Origin: Bradymonadia bacterium
GTDB lineage: Bacteria > Myxococcota_A > Bradymonadia > UBA7976 > UBA1532
DNA: 64,000 nt
Direction: 5' to 3'
Assembly (NCBI GenBank): GCA_046290225.1
Contig: JBKAGE010000079.1
Location: forward strand, 216,861-280,860
Positions 29,412 through 40,508 of the stretch are shown piece by piece. Under the pieces are notes generated by a model. That model was not told where the DNA came from, did no database searches, and saw nothing but the letters and a program-made list of their open reading frames with translations. How positions within the stretch are numbered: the first letter of the stretch is position 1; each line of letters starts with the position of its first letter. The translations under genes and the position numbers were made by a program.

Positions 29412-31508
29412 TCAGGGCTTGAGCGTCGTCGGGCAGCGGTGAGAGACCGGATAGGGCAGCGAGATCTTCACTGTGGTGTGTCCTTTGACTTGAACCGTCT
29501 GCCGGTGGGGCCTGCGGCCACGCACGGAAACCTCGAGAGTATAGGTGCCCTCACTGGGGAGCAGGCGGGTGAAGTGACCGTCTCGACAGCGGGCGCGCCA
29601 GCGCTCTCCGTTGTTCAGGGCGATCTCTGTGATGTGCACCTGAGCCCCCACGGGGCGCCCCCGTGCGTCCACCACCTCGCCAGAGATCGTGGGTCCGTCG
29701 ACGACACGATCGAGAAGCACGGGCCACGTCGTGCGCACTTTCTCGATGATGCGTTGCCGCCGCTCGGGGTGCACCGGCGTCCAGATGGCCCCTTCCACGA
29801 GCATGGCCACAGTACCGTAGGTGTGCATCAGCCAGTCCTGGTCGACCCCGTCCACAGGGTAGAGGTTCTTGAGCACAGGCACCGGCCGGCCTTGCGGGTG
29901 TTCGCCCACCGCGGCGGCCATGGCCTCGGCGAGAGGCATCGCCACGTCGGGCTTCGGATTCTCCACTTTCTCGATGGTGTAGGGGGTGAGCACGGCGATG
30001 GTGCCAGTGTGGAACGACAGCGAGGCGGCGAAACGCTCAGCATCAGCGAGCTTCATGATGGCCTTGACCTCGGGCTCGGTGGCGGGCCCCTCACCGCGGA
30101 AATATCTCGAGTACGGGTCAGATCGGCTACCACGCTCTCCGTGAGCGCCCCACATGAAGGGGTAGTTCCGGTTGAGATCCACCCCCTCGAGGGGGCTCAG
30201 GTGACCATCTTCGTCCACATCACGTCGGTTTTTACGGCCCGCCTTCGAGGTCTCGCGCAAGTACGCGGCGTTGCCGTCCGGGTTCACCAGAGGCACACAC
30301 CAGATCGCCAGGGTGGAGAGCCACCGTCGCGGTGGACCTGATGTGCCTTCGGCAGCGGCCTTGAGCAGCTGGCGGGCGGCATCGAGGGTAAAGTCCACGG
30401 AGAGCAGCTCGTTGCCGTGGTGGGCACCGTTGATCAAGACCGAGGGTCGTCGAGAGATGTCTGCAGAGTGGATGTCGTCGGCGATGAGCAGACCATAGAT
30501 GGGCCGGCCGCCGTGGCTGGTGCCCAGACGTTCGAGTCGGCTGTGGCGTGGGAACCGCGCCGCGAGGGCCTCGAGAGTGGCCTGAACCATCTGCGGATCC
30601 GAGTAGCCCGCGTCGAAGAAAGGGTCTGCGGCAAGCTGGCCGCGTACAGCCTCGTCGACGGCGTGATAGCGCGGATCTCTCAAGCGCCAGGGCGGAGAAG
30701 GTACGAGATCGCCGAGACGGTGATCGGCGCAGTGATGGCGCTCGAGCCCGTCGACATCTGTGAGAAAGCTGACCTTTCCGCGACGGCTGGTGGCCATGAC
30801 CTGACCATAGGGTGCACCATCGACGTCTTCTGCGGGCAATGCCATGACGATGGGGGGCTCGTAGACTGCAGGCATCGTCGGGGCAGGCAGGGTACACAGA
30901 GGCCGCCCGGAGAGTCGCCGAACGCCCCCCACCCATCGTCGACGCGGCAAGAGGGCGATGCCCTTCAAGGCCCTGGTCTTGATCTCCGAGCCGCGATAGA
31001 GCCCCGCCCCAAGTGGTGTCTGACGGTCGGGATCAAAGGCCGTTGCCACCAGAGTGTCGCCCAGAATCCGCAGGGTGATTTGAACCCGCTCACGGTTGAA
31101 AAACGATCTGAACCGGAAACGGGCGAGCACCCTGGTGCGCTTGCCCTTCACTTGAACCAGGGCGGCCCGTCGGCCGGCCAGGCGAATGCCCAGGCCGGTG
31201 CGCACCTTGCCTCGCTTGGGGGCCGCGGCGAAGAGCAGAGTGCCTCTGATCTCCGTCGGTGTGTCGAACTCCGCGGTGAGGGCCATCGAGATGCTGTGAT
31301 CAGCAGAGAGCGGCGTCCACCAGATCTCCGAAGGGCTCTGAGGGGCCCAGGCCCCGTTCACGGTGGACCACTGTGCATCGTCATCGCCTGAAGCAGGTCG
31401 CCCTTCGTCGATGAAGACCCATCCCTCGAGATCAGGCGCGCAGAGCGCCGTGGTGATCAGGGACAGGTACACGAGCGGGACCAGGAGAAAGTTCCGGATC
31501 TTCACCAT
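29412..31508 (-). CDS. M14 zinc carboxypeptidase with C-terminal regulatory-like beta domain
   Basis: HHGNE, VNPDG, RKN, GVDLNRNY, EPE and SFH motifs. Confidence 0.9.
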   Translation of the reverse strand: MVKIRNFLLVPLVYLSLITTALCAPDLEGWVFIDEGRPASGDDDAQWSTVNGAWAPQSPSEIWWTPLSADHSISMALTAEFDTPTEIRGTLLFAAAPKRGKVRTGLGIRLAGRRAALVQVKGKRTRVLARFRFRSFFNRERVQITLRILGDTLVATAFDPDRQTPLGAGLYRGSEIKTRALKGIALLPRRRWVGGVRRLSGRPLCTLPAPTMPAVYEPPIVMALPAEDVDGAPYGQVMATSRRGKVSFLTDVDGLERHHCADHRLGDLVPSPPWRLRDPRYHAVDEAVRGQLAADPFFDAGYSDPQMVQATLEALAARFPRHSRLERLGTSHGGRPIYGLLIADDIHSADISRRPSVLINGAHHGNELLSVDFTLDAARQLLKAAAEGTSGPPRRWLSTLAIWCVPLVNPDGNAAYLRETSKAGRKNRRDVDEDGHLSPLEGVDLNRNYPFMWGAHGERGSRSDPYSRYFRGEGPATEPEVKAIMKLADAERFAASLSFHTGTIAVLTPYTIEKVENPKPDVAMPLAEAMAAAVGEHPQGRPVPVLKNLYPVDGVDQDWLMHTYGTVAMLVEGAIWTPVHPERRQRIIEKVRTTWPVLLDRVVDGPTISGEVVDARGRPVGAQVHITEIALNNGERWRARCRDGHFTRLLPSEGTYTLEVSVRGRRPHRQTVQVKGHTTVKISLPYPVSHRCPTTLKP

Positions 31509-31615
31509 CTACTCAGTATGGGGAGCCAGTGTGGAAAACGCGACCTGCGATCAGGGCCAGGGAATGGCCTGTGGGTCAAGTCCGACAACACAATGAAAGG
31601 AGAGCAGACGATTCG

Positions 31616-31675
31616 CTCAACAGCTGGGCGCTCGACAACTGGGCGCTCAACAACTGGGCGCTCAACAACTGGGCG
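31616..31675. repeat. Four tandem 15-nt repeats, consensus CTCAACAACTGGGCG
   Basis: ctcaacagctgggcg ctcgacaactgggcg ctcaacaactgggcg ctcaacaactgggcg. Confidence 0.9.
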
Positions 31676-31877
31676 TCTGGGCCTCGGGGCGAAGGGCCTG
31701 CACCCGGCGTACGATGGCCGGACCCAGGATGTCGTCAGGGAAGGGGGGCAGAGCGCCGGGATCGATGGCCTCTTCAACAGGGGTCATCGACCAGCCCTCA
31801 GGGCCATAACGTACCGGCAGCGCTTTGCTGCCAGGGGCCGGCGAGGGGCAAATCTGAAGCTCCGATGTAATCGACAT
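31662..31877 (-). CDS. Small hypothetical protein (71 aa, Pro-rich)
   Basis: GAGGAGG RBS 5 nt before the ATG at 31877. Confidence 0.55.
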   Translation of the reverse strand: MSITSELQICPSPAPGSKALPVRYGPEGWSMTPVEEAIDPGALPPFPDDILGPAIVRRVQALRPEAQTPSC

Positions 31878-32040
31878 GGGGACCTCCTCGATGACCCGAG
31901 GTGCCGTGGGCACGCTCGAGTGGTGGGGATGCTAGCGAAACACCCCAGTTCGAATCCGCCCGATCTGTACAGATATCTCGATTTGTATCGAGCAGGGCAG
32001 ACTCTGGCTGGTCCCGACGAAAGAGATCAGCTCAGAATTC

Positions 32041-32280
32041 TCAACTCAGAATTTTCTGGAGCAACGGGTGCAGGTCGTCCGTCAATTCCCCAGGAAGCAC
32101 AGAACCCTTGCTGCTGGCCATGGCCGACATGAACAGATCGAGGCCACGGCTGTGGTCGTTGGTGGTGGCCAGACGGTCACACTGAGCTTCGGGGGCCTCG
32201 CGCATGGCCTCGAAGGCGATGGTGTCGAGCATGTGATCCGCAGCATCTTCGGTGATGATGGCCTTGCCGTGCTGAGCCAT
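32041..32280 (-). CDS. Small hypothetical protein (79 aa)
   Basis: GAGGAG RBS before the ATG and plausible codon usage. Confidence 0.6.
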   Translation of the reverse strand: MAQHGKAIITEDAADHMLDTIAFEAMREAPEAQCDRLATTNDHSRGLDLFMSAMASSKGSVLPGELTDDLHPLLQKILS

Positions 32281-32399
32281 GGTGCTTTCTCCTCATCGGT
32301 GACTTGAAGTGGGCCTTTCGACCCGCGCTCTGAGTTAATCGGTCTTATCCGGAGGACTTTTTAGGGGGGTGAGCGAAAAAAAATGCGAAAGATGGCTAA

Positions 32400-32762
32400 A
32401 TGGTCGAATTGGAAGAAATAAAAGCTGGTCGTTTTTTCTGCTTCTCCCTTGGGAACGATATCTCAGGTGGGGGGTGGGTCATCGCGACCACCCCAGAAAC
32501 GGTCAGTGTGGCCCTGAGCGAAGGGGTCTGGTCGTGCACCCCCAATGGGCTGGCCATCGAACAGATGGGCTGGCTGGTGGAGCACATCGTGCTGCGTCTT
32601 GAGGCCCTCGACGGGGTCACGTGGGTCGGCGAGGGCACCCTCGACCCGGAGCTGGTGGCCCGACATGAGCAGTGGCTGGCTCAACCACCCTCGGCCCGGG
32701 TGATCACCAACGCGCCACCTCAGGTGCTCGTCGCTGCGCTCATGGGTGAGGTCGAGGGATGA
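32400..32762 (+). CDS. Hypothetical protein
   Basis: ORF whose stop overlaps the GNAT start (ATGA). Confidence 0.6.
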   Translation: MVELEEIKAGRFFCFSLGNDISGGGWVIATTPETVSVALSEGVWSCTPNGLAIEQMGWLVEHIVLRLEALDGVTWVGEGTLDPELVARHEQWLAQPPSARVITNAPPQVLVAALMGEVEG

Positions 32763-33226
32763 TGTACGTGGCGTCGGTGCACGTGAGCCAGGGAGAGATC
32801 GCCGATCACGCCTCTGTGCTGGCGGTGATGCACGCTGCCTTCGCAACAACCCGCGAGACACCGTATCCGTCGAGCGCTTTGAAGCTGACCCTGGCAGATC
32901 TCGCCGAGACGCAGACTCTTGTTGCTCGAGGAGAAGATGCCCAGGTGCTCGGCGCCGTGACCTGGGCACTGCGAGGGCAGGCGGTGTCGTTCAGTCGCCT
33001 GGCGGTCGAGCCATCACGGCAAGGGCAGGGGATCGGCAGCGCGATGGTTGAGGCTATAGAGCATATGGCCCGTAGGGTGGGGGCCGCTCGGGTGGAGTGC
33101 ACCGCTCGATCCATATACCCTGACAATCGTAGCTTTTACGCCCGCCGTGGGTACGTCGTGGTGGGCTACTCCGGCCGCTATGGCGTCCCCGATATTCGCA
33201 CTCACCTCACCTTACCTCTGGGGTGA
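32759..33226 (+). CDS. GNAT family N-acetyltransferase
   Basis: [17 protein letters not shown] (motif A) and [10 protein letters not shown]. Confidence 0.9.
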   Translation: MMYVASVHVSQGEIADHASVLAVMHAAFATTRETPYPSSALKLTLADLAETQTLVARGEDAQVLGAVTWALRGQAVSFSRLAVEPSRQGQGIGSAMVEAIEHMARRVGAARVECTARSIYPDNRSFYARRGYVVVGYSGRYGVPDIRTHLTLPLG

Positions 33227-33302
33227 TCTCGGGAAACTGTTGCGTTCAGCGGCGTCACAGATACACTCCCCCCCGCAGCGATGGCGCTGCATTGGAGGTA
33301 TT

Positions 33303-33521
33303 ATGGCCAAAGAAGAAGCCATTACGGTCGAGGGGACGGTCATCGAGCCTCTCCCCAACGCGATGTTCCGGGTCGAGCTCGAGAACGGTCACAAGATCCT
33401 GGCCCACGTCTCTGGGAAGATGCGCAAGTTCTTCATCCGCATCCTGCCCGGTGACAAGGTCACCGTCGAGGTGTCCCCCTACGATCTCACTCGCGGTCGG
33501 ATCACCTACCGGGCCCGTTGA
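33303..33521 (+). CDS. infA: Translation initiation factor IF-1
   Basis: [30 protein letters not shown]...SGKMR...[19 protein letters not shown]. Confidence 0.98.
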   Translation: MAKEEAITVEGTVIEPLPNAMFRVELENGHKILAHVSGKMRKFFIRILPGDKVTVEVSPYDLTRGRITYRAR

Positions 33522-36500
33522 GCCTGAGCGAGCCCGCACCGCCCTTTGTCGATCTTCAGCCCCTCGGACGGGGGGCCATGGGGGTGGTGTTTTCAGGGCA
33601 GCACCCTCGCAGTGGTCGGGCGGTGGCCCTCAAGGTGCTCACCGACAAGGGTGCTTTCGATCCTCGCTATCAACGTGCCTTCCGTGAAGAGGTTCGTGCC
33701 TCAGCGGCGCTGGACCATCCCCGCATCGTCTCCACCTTCGACGTGGGACGTCTCGCGGCACCTCTGAAGTACGTCGACGACGGTTGGCAGGCGCTGTGCC
33801 CTGAGGGCAGCCCCTTCCTGGTGATGGAGCGGGTACACGGCGAGCCCCTCACCCGATGGCGAGGGCAAGTGCAGTGGGCACCGCTGAGGCACATCGTGCT
33901 CGCGCTGCTCGATGCCCTGGCCCACGCCCACGCCCGTGGGGTGATCCATCGCGATCTCAAGCCGTCGAACGTGCTGTGGTTCCCCTGTAAGGGGGCCTTC
34001 GATCTCAAGCTCACCGACTTCGGACTGGCCCACGCTCTCGATCGAGACGGCCGTTTATCGGGTGGCCTGGCTCGAGGAGGCACGCCGGCCTATATGTCAC
34101 CCGAGCAGATCGAAGGCCGATGGCGCGACTTCGGTCCATGGACTGATCTCTACGCACTCGGCTGCCTGATCCACGCTCTGGTCTCTGGCCACTCACCCTT
34201 CGCCCGGCCCACGGCGAAGGCCAGTCAGGAGGCTCACCGCACCCTGACTCCTCCGCCGCTCCTGCTCGACGAGGCACCGCCGGGATTCTCCGCCTGGGTT
34301 GATCGCTTGCTGTGTAAATCGCCAGAGGGACGGTTTCGATGTGCGGCTGATGCAGCCTGGGCCTTCGTCGGCCTCGACGAGCGCCCTTTCGAGGGCCCTG
34401 TGCCCTGGGTGGCCCCCCTGGGCATGGAGCAGGGGCCTGCACCGCTGGAGGAGCCTGCCAGCGAGCCGTCGACGGCATGGTACCCCTCAGGTGCGCAGGA
34501 GGTCTGGTTCGACGCCGTCACCGCCGTGGGCGCCAGCCCGCAACCCTCAGATGCCCCACCGATCCCTACAGACTGGCGCACCCCGGGAGTAGAGGACGGC
34601 CGTTGGGCGCCGCGCCCCCCTGGCATGGGCCTCGCCCTGTTTGATCAGAGATCCACCCCTCTTGTGGGCCGCGGTCCCCTGTGTGACGAGCTGTGGTCCA
34701 GCCTGAGGCTCGTCGACGCCTTCCGCGGCCCCCGAGGTGTGGTGCTGGAGGGCGCAGGTGGAGTGGGCAAGAGCACGCTGGCGCGCTGGCTGACCCTGAA
34801 GGCCTCTGCCTTGGGCGCCGCCACAGTGCTCAAGGCCACCCACAGCCAGAGCCTGGGGCCCTTTGACGGCCTGGGTCCGATGGTGGCCCGGGCCCACCAG
34901 TGCCTCGGCCTGAGCCGGGAGGCGCTGAAGGCACGCCTCGATGAAACCTTGAGCAAGTGGTCCATCGGCGGATCAGCGGAGGCCCTCACGGGGGTCATCG
35001 CCGGAGATTTGCCCGGCACACGGGGGGTGAGCCGGTTCGAGCGCCTCGCCGATCACCTCGGGCGCCTTGCCCGACAACGACCGCTCATCGTGTGGGTGGA
35101 CGATGCACAGTGGGGCCCCGAGGCGTTGTCCTTCGGGTTGCATCTTTTCGACCAGGCCGCTCGGGGCAGGCCCTTGCCGATCTTGATGGTGATCACCATC
35201 AACACCGATCGTCCGCCCTCGGGTCGAGCGGAGATCCTGCTCCGACGCTGGCGCCAGCGCCCCGAGGTGCAGCGCCGCCGCATCGACCCTTTGGAGGCCC
35301 CCTCGATGGGGGCACTGGTGACCGAGATCCTGGGGCTCTCGCCGCCCCTTGCTCAAGAGGTGATCCGTCGCACACGGGGCAACCCGCTCTTCGCGGTGCA
35401 GCTCGTGGGCGACTGGGTGCACCGTGCGCTCCTGGAGAGCGGCCCTGAGGGTTTTCGACGCACAGGCGAAGCGCCCGAGTCCCTGCCCGACGAGCTGCAC
35501 CTGCTCTGGCAGGACCGTCTCCGGTACGCCCTTCGGGTGCTCACCTTCGACGGGTGGTGGGTCATGGAGCGCGGCGCCATCCTGGGCCAGACGGTCGATC
35601 TCCGCGAGTGGGCTGCCGCCTGCGGCTTCGATCGTGGTCCCGCCCGTGAGCGCATGGATTTACTGCTCAACCGCCTCGCCGACGAGGGGTTGATGCTGCC
35701 TCAAGCAGAAGGCACCGAGGCGTGGCGCTTCGTGCACCCGATGCTGCAAGAGGCGTTGATACGGCACGCTCGGGAGTCGGGGCGTCTGGTGGCGCATCAT
35801 CTGGCCTGCGCCCAGATGCTCGAGGGCAGGAGAGTCCCCCTCGACCAGGGGCGCCGTGGAGAGCATCTGCTCGCCGCAGGTGAAGCTCACCAGGCTCTCA
35901 AGCCCCTGTATACCGCCGCCTGGGATCGCGCCATCGCTCGAGACTTCGAACGGGCTGAGATCTTTGCCCGGCGCTGGCGCGCTGCTGCGCGTCAGTCTGG
36001 CCTGAAGGCTGACGATCCGCGGCGGGGGCAGGGCGTGATCCTCGCGAGCCGTATCGCCCGGGGCCGAGGGCAAGGGCGCCGCAGCCGGTGGATGATCGAG
36101 GCTCTGGAGAAAGCGGCCCGGCGCTTCGGCTGGGGTGAGGTGCGAGCCCGGGCCCTCGTTGATCGCGCCTGGGCGCTGGAGAACGAAGGCCTCTGGGCAC
36201 AAGCGGCCGATCTACTCGACGAGGCTGCAGAGCTGGCTCACGACTTGGGATTGAGGGGTCTCGAGGCATCTACGCGACGGAACCTCGGGGCGATCCTCAT
36301 GCAACGCGCAGGGGCCGAAGAGGCCCGGCGACCCCTGCTCGCCGCGATGGATCTGCACCGTGGCGGTCGATGGCCTCATGGTGAGGCGTTGTGTCATCTC
36401 GAACTGGCACAGCTCGATCGTATGCACGGCGCGTTGAGCGAGGCTGCGGCGCATTGCAAGCAAGCACGGGCGATCTTCGAGCGATGCAACGCCCCCTGGG

Positions 36501-36979
36501 GTGTCGCCGCCGCTGACCTGGAGCAGGGCCGGGTGTGTCAGGCCCTGGGTGATCTGTCGGCTGCTGAATCTCTCATCGCCGGCGCCGTAGAACAGTATCG
36601 AGCCACCCAGAGCGAGGGCCGCCCTGTGGCGGAGCTGTCTCTGGCCTGGGTGCGCCTGGCCCAGGGGCACGTGGAGCAGGCCCGTACGATCTTCGATACG
36701 GTGGAGGGCCACTTCGCCAGGGCAGGGCGCCGTGGTCGGGCGTTGAGCGCCACCCTCGGTCGCCTCGCCGTGGGCCTCGGGGTGACCACCGAGCTGCATT
36801 GGGATCGGCTGCTCGAGCGCGTAGAGGTGGAGCTCGCCGCCCACCACACGCGGGAGATCGACCACTTGCTTCACATGCTGAGAGCGCTCGCTGATCGGTT
36901 GGGCACCGAGGAGCAAATCGAGGCCCTGGCCGCGTTGAGGCTTGAGCCTGACCACCTTCAGAGAGAGGAACGCCCATGA
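33518..36979 (+). CDS. Ser/Thr protein kinase + AAA ATPase + TPR protein
   Basis: [31 protein letters not shown]; Walker A GAGGVGKS, Walker B VWVDD, GNPLF; helical repeats at the C-terminus. Confidence 0.92.
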   Translation: MSLSEPAPPFVDLQPLGRGAMGVVFSGQHPRSGRAVALKVLTDKGAFDPRYQRAFREEVRASAALDHPRIVSTFDVGRLAAPLKYVDDGWQALCPEGSPFLVMERVHGEPLTRWRGQVQWAPLRHIVLALLDALAHAHARGVIHRDLKPSNVLWFPCKGAFDLKLTDFGLAHALDRDGRLSGGLARGGTPAYMSPEQIEGRWRDFGPWTDLYALGCLIHALVSGHSPFARPTAKASQEAHRTLTPPPLLLDEAPPGFSAWVDRLLCKSPEGRFRCAADAAWAFVGLDERPFEGPVPWVAPLGMEQGPAPLEEPASEPSTAWYPSGAQEVWFDAVTAVGASPQPSDAPPIPTDWRTPGVEDGRWAPRPPGMGLALFDQRSTPLVGRGPLCDELWSSLRLVDAFRGPRGVVLEGAGGVGKSTLARWLTLKASALGAATVLKATHSQSLGPFDGLGPMVARAHQCLGLSREALKARLDETLSKWSIGGSAEALTGVIAGDLPGTRGVSRFERLADHLGRLARQRPLIVWVDDAQWGPEALSFGLHLFDQAARGRPLPILMVITINTDRPPSGRAEILLRRWRQRPEVQRRRIDPLEAPSMGALVTEILGLSPPLAQEVIRRTRGNPLFAVQLVGDWVHRALLESGPEGFRRTGEAPESLPDELHLLWQDRLRYALRVLTFDGWWVMERGAILGQTVDLREWAAACGFDRGPARERMDLLLNRLADEGLMLPQAEGTEAWRFVHPMLQEALIRHARESGRLVAHHLACAQMLEGRRVPLDQGRRGEHLLAAGEAHQALKPLYTAAWDRAIARDFERAEIFARRWRAAARQSGLKADDPRRGQGVILASRIARGRGQGRRSRWMIEALEKAARRFGWGEVRARALVDRAWALENEGLWAQAADLLDEAAELAHDLGLRGLEASTRRNLGAILMQRAGAEEARRPLLAAMDLHRGGRWPHGEALCHLELAQLDRMHGALSEAAAHCKQARAIFERCNAPWGVAAADLEQGRVCQALGDLSAAESLIAGAVEQYRATQSEGRPVAELSLAWVRLAQGHVEQARTIFDTVEGHFARAGRRGRALSATLGRLAVGLGVTTELHWDRLLERVEVELAAHHTREIDHLLHMLRALADRLGTEEQIEALAALRLEPDHLQREERP

Positions 36980-38022
36980 TCACCCTGATGGTTTTGAGCG
37001 CTGTACTCGCCGGCCCGTTCCCGCCTCTTACCGAAGACGGCAAGCCGAACATTCAGAGCCGCGCTGCGGTGGTGATCGATCTCGACACGGGAAAGACCCT
37101 CTATGCCCGGAAGGCCGACGAGGTGAGAGCCATCGCCTCGATCTCCAAGGTGATGGCCGCTCTGGTGGTCTTGGACAAGGGCCTCGACCTCGAGGCTGAC
37201 ACCCGCCTGAAGAAAGAGGATTGGGCGGCGGCGAAGGGTGGCCCGTGGGGTCGACTCAAGCCCGGATGGCGCATCAACCACCGCGATCTACTCGAGGCGG
37301 CCCTCGGGGCCTCGGACAATGTGGCAGTCATCGCCATGGGGCGGGCCGTGGGCCTCAGCCCCAAAGCCTTTGGCAAGGCCATGACCGCCAAGGCGAAGGC
37401 CCTGAGCTTGAAGCACATGAAGTTCAGAGAGCCCACGGGGTTGAGCTATCGGAACAAGGCCACGGCCCGTGAGGTGGTCGTCCTGCTCGCCGAGGCCATG
37501 AAGCGTCCCGAGCTCGCCGATATCCTCAAGGCGCCCACGTTCTCCATCGAGCCCGTGGGCACCAAACGCCGCCTTGAGTATCGGCACACTGTGCGCCCGC
37601 TCTGGGGCGGTAAGTGGGTGATCCTCGGGGGCAAGACCGGCTTCAACAAAGCGGCGAAGTACAGCGTAGTCATGGCCAGCAGGCTCAAAGACGGCCGCCG
37701 GCTGGGCATGGCCTTCCTCGGTGCTGACGGCAAGCTGACCCGCTTCGGAGATTTTGGCCGGGTCATGCACTGGCTCAAAGAGGCCCCCAAGGGGCAGACC
37801 TTCAAGGCCAGCTCAGATAAAAAACAATCAGCCAGGGCCATGCCCAAACCTGACAATCAGGTGTCAAAGGGCCGGGGTAAACGGAGCGTGAAGACCACCC
37901 ACGCTCGCCCCGAGGCCGGTCGAGCTTCTGCGAAGAAGGCCAAAGCCAGGCGCGCAGAGGCCGAGTCAGAGCCGCCGAGGGTGCGGGACGAAGACGCCCC
38001 CCCGGGCTGGAGCAATCCCTGA
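36976..38022 (+). CDS. Peptidase S11 D-Ala-D-Ala endo/carboxypeptidase (PBP7-like)
   Basis: IASISK, SDN, EPTGL and KTG motifs; basic C-terminal tail. Confidence 0.9.
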   Translation: MITLMVLSAVLAGPFPPLTEDGKPNIQSRAAVVIDLDTGKTLYARKADEVRAIASISKVMAALVVLDKGLDLEADTRLKKEDWAAAKGGPWGRLKPGWRINHRDLLEAALGASDNVAVIAMGRAVGLSPKAFGKAMTAKAKALSLKHMKFREPTGLSYRNKATAREVVVLLAEAMKRPELADILKAPTFSIEPVGTKRRLEYRHTVRPLWGGKWVILGGKTGFNKAAKYSVVMASRLKDGRRLGMAFLGADGKLTRFGDFGRVMHWLKEAPKGQTFKASSDKKQSARAMPKPDNQVSKGRGKRSVKTTHARPEAGRASAKKAKARRAEAESEPPRVRDEDAPPGWSNP

Positions 38023-39170
38023 TGGGCACCCCGTTCAAAGAGCGCCTCAACCAGGCCGCCATCTCCGACATCGCCACGGCCGTACAGAGCGCTTGGGCAG
38101 AGTTTCCCGCCGCTGCGTTCATTCAGACCGCCAGCGATGGCCTCGACGCCCTCGAGCTGATGGCCCGAGTGGCCCAGATCGCTCAGGCGTTGGGGCAACA
38201 CTTGCCCGACGACTTCGCCACGGCCAGCGATGTCCTGGTCCGTGCCCTCGGTGAGGCTGCACCGGTCGATGCGCCTGAGGCCGCTACGCGCGAAGGGCAG
38301 GGCATCCGAGGCTTTCTCGCGCTGCCGGTCACCCGGTGGGTGGCGGACTCTGGCCAGGAAAACCCTCAGGCTGCTCTCCAGGCCTTGGGGGAGATGACCA
38401 GCCGGTTCAGCGCTGAGTTTGACATCCGGGCCTTCATCGCCCAACACCCTGAGATCACATGGGCTCAGCTGAAGGTCTGGGCCACCGATGCAGATCCCCA
38501 TCGGCGACGGCTCGCCAGCGAGGGACCGAGGCCCTACTTGCCATGGGGCCGTAAGATCAAAGCCCTCATCGAGGATCCGGCACCTGGGCTCGAGATCCTC
38601 GAGATGCTCCGCGACGATCCTGAGCTGTACGTGCGGCGGTCGGTGGCCAACCATCTGAACGACATCGCCCGCCACCAGCCCGGTCTGGTGGTGCAGGTGG
38701 CCCGTCGATGGTTGGAGGAGCCCCTCGAAGGGGAGGCCCTGGCGCGACGGCGTCAGATGGTGCGTCACGCTTTGCGGGGGCTGCTCAAGAAGGCCGATCC
38801 GGGGGCTCTGGATCTCATGGGATATCACCGAGAGAGCCCCGCGCAGATCGAAGGTCTCAGCGCCGACGACACTGCGAGCCTTGGCTCTGCGCTCACATGG
38901 TCCTTCGAGGCTCACAACCCCTCAGATGCACCTGTTCAGGTGCGCCTCGACTATGTGCTGCATCGACCCCTCGCCAAGGGCAAGATCGGCACGCGCATTT
39001 GTCACATCGCCGAGCGGCAGCTTGAGGCCGGCCAGCGCGTGCTCTACGACCGCACTCACAGCTTCAAGGCTGTCACCACCCGATCTGACTATCCAGGGGC
39101 GCATCGCATCGAGGTGCGGATCAACGGTGTGGTGAGATCAGAGGTGGGTTTCGAGGTGGTGACGGCCTGA
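38022..39170 (+). CDS. DNA alkylation repair (AlkC/AlkD-like HEAT-repeat) protein
   Basis: FSAEFDIR, RRLASEGPRPYLPW, YVRRSVANHLNDI, and a C-terminal Ig-like part (HSFKAVTTR..YPG). Confidence 0.85.
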   Translation: MGTPFKERLNQAAISDIATAVQSAWAEFPAAAFIQTASDGLDALELMARVAQIAQALGQHLPDDFATASDVLVRALGEAAPVDAPEAATREGQGIRGFLALPVTRWVADSGQENPQAALQALGEMTSRFSAEFDIRAFIAQHPEITWAQLKVWATDADPHRRRLASEGPRPYLPWGRKIKALIEDPAPGLEILEMLRDDPELYVRRSVANHLNDIARHQPGLVVQVARRWLEEPLEGEALARRRQMVRHALRGLLKKADPGALDLMGYHRESPAQIEGLSADDTASLGSALTWSFEAHNPSDAPVQVRLDYVLHRPLAKGKIGTRICHIAERQLEAGQRVLYDRTHSFKAVTTRSDYPGAHRIEVRINGVVRSEVGFEVVTA

Positions 39171-39199
39171 GTAGGGCGCCTGTCGGAGCAGGGCACCTG

Positions 39200-40375
39200 T
39201 CAGAGCAGGCTGCCCACCCAGAAGGCGCCCACCCAGGCACCCAGCGCCGAGCCGATCGTGGCCAACGTGGCCACCACCAGCACCCGTAAGAACGGGTTGC
39301 GGTAGAAGCCCTTCATCGTCTGCACATCTTGGGGAATCCGCTCGCAGTCTTCCACCGTGGGTTTTCGTAACCAGGCCTCAACCAAGCCCACCACCATACC
39401 TGCGCCCAGCGCCGGGTTGAGCGAGGTGATGGGAGAAGCGATGAAGGCCGTGAGGATGGACAAAGGCTTGCCCATACCCACTGCTGTGAGCAGCGCACAC
39501 ATGATGGAGTTGGGCAGGATCCAGGCGTAGAGCATCTGGCTCAGGCCCTCGCCCTCGTGCTTCTGGTAGCCGAAGTAGAAGGCGATCAAAATCAGCGCCG
39601 GGATGACCCACTTGAGGGCCTTCACCCACAAGCGAGTAGGCGGGATCACCGAGAGGGCCTCTCGATCGGCCCCCTTGCCGAAGTGAGCCACCATGCCTGG
39701 GACGTGGGCCGCCCCCACCACGGAGACCACCGTCTTACCAGGGGCGTCTTCCGTGGCCGACATCAGAAAGTGATCGCGCTCGTCGATGAGGGGCCGCTTC
39801 ACCCCAGGGATGCGTCGGGCGAACTCCGCCATCATCTCCCCGAGGGTGTCTTTGTCTTTCATCTTCTCGAGGGTCTCTTCGGTGAGCTCTTCGCCCTCAC
39901 CGAAGAATGACCCCATGAGCTCGCCGAGCACCTTGAAGCGATCAAGGAGCGACATGTTGTGCCAGGTGCGCTTGAGCGTTGCCTGGATGTTCCGATCGGC
40001 GAGGACCAACTCGGCATCGTGCTCCCTGGCTTTCTCGATGGCCGCGGTCATCTCGGCGCCGGGGTTCACCCCCAGCTTCTCGCCCATCTGCTTCTGGTAG
40101 GCAGAGAGGGCGAGGTTCGATAGCAAGAACAGCACCTTGCCCTGCTTGATGATCTGGAAGATGTCGAGCTTCCGCCAGCGATCGGGATCGTTGAGGGTGT
40201 CATAGCGGGTCTGACACAGCTCGACGCACACCGTGTCGGGCTGCAGCGTGTCGATGACGTGTTTGACCTCGTCGACGCTGCGCTGGCTGATGTGGGCGGT
40301 GCCCACGAGATAGAAAGTGCGGCCGTCACGCTCGAGGACGGTGACATTCTCGAAATCGGGGTTGGGGCTGTTCAT
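39200..40375 (-). CDS. TraB/PrgY (GumN) family membrane protein
   Basis: LVGTAHIS, VCVELC, PGAEM, LADR, LIDERD, VVGAAHVPG and C-terminal TM helices. Confidence 0.92.
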   Translation of the reverse strand: MNSPNPDFENVTVLERDGRTFYLVGTAHISQRSVDEVKHVIDTLQPDTVCVELCQTRYDTLNDPDRWRKLDIFQIIKQGKVLFLLSNLALSAYQKQMGEKLGVNPGAEMTAAIEKAREHDAELVLADRNIQATLKRTWHNMSLLDRFKVLGELMGSFFGEGEELTEETLEKMKDKDTLGEMMAEFARRIPGVKRPLIDERDHFLMSATEDAPGKTVVSVVGAAHVPGMVAHFGKGADREALSVIPPTRLWVKALKWVIPALILIAFYFGYQKHEGEGLSQMLYAWILPNSIMCALLTAVGMGKPLSILTAFIASPITSLNPALGAGMVVGLVEAWLRKPTVEDCERIPQDVQTMKGFYRNPFLRVLVVATLATIGSALGAWVGAFWVGSLL

Positions 40376-40508
40376 GCAGGTCGCTTCTGTGGCCAGATCG
40401 GGGGCTGGCAGGGTACATGACTCGATACCCAGCGGCAATGAGAGCCCCCATAAATCGCCGAAGCCCTTAGAGGTTCCAGGTTCTGGGCCTGTCACATCGG
40501 TGGGCGCC

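Noticed and set aside
31616..31675. Possible CRISPR array
   Set aside because: The 15-nt units are contiguous with no spacers, and there are no cas genes in the window.
31900..31965. tRNA-like GTTCGAATCC motif
   Set aside because: The flanks do not form a T-stem or acceptor stem, and no cloverleaf can be drawn.
39200..40375. TraB as evidence of a conjugative element
   Set aside because: The TraB/PrgY/GumN family is commonly chromosomal, and no relaxase, T4SS, integrase or transposase is present.
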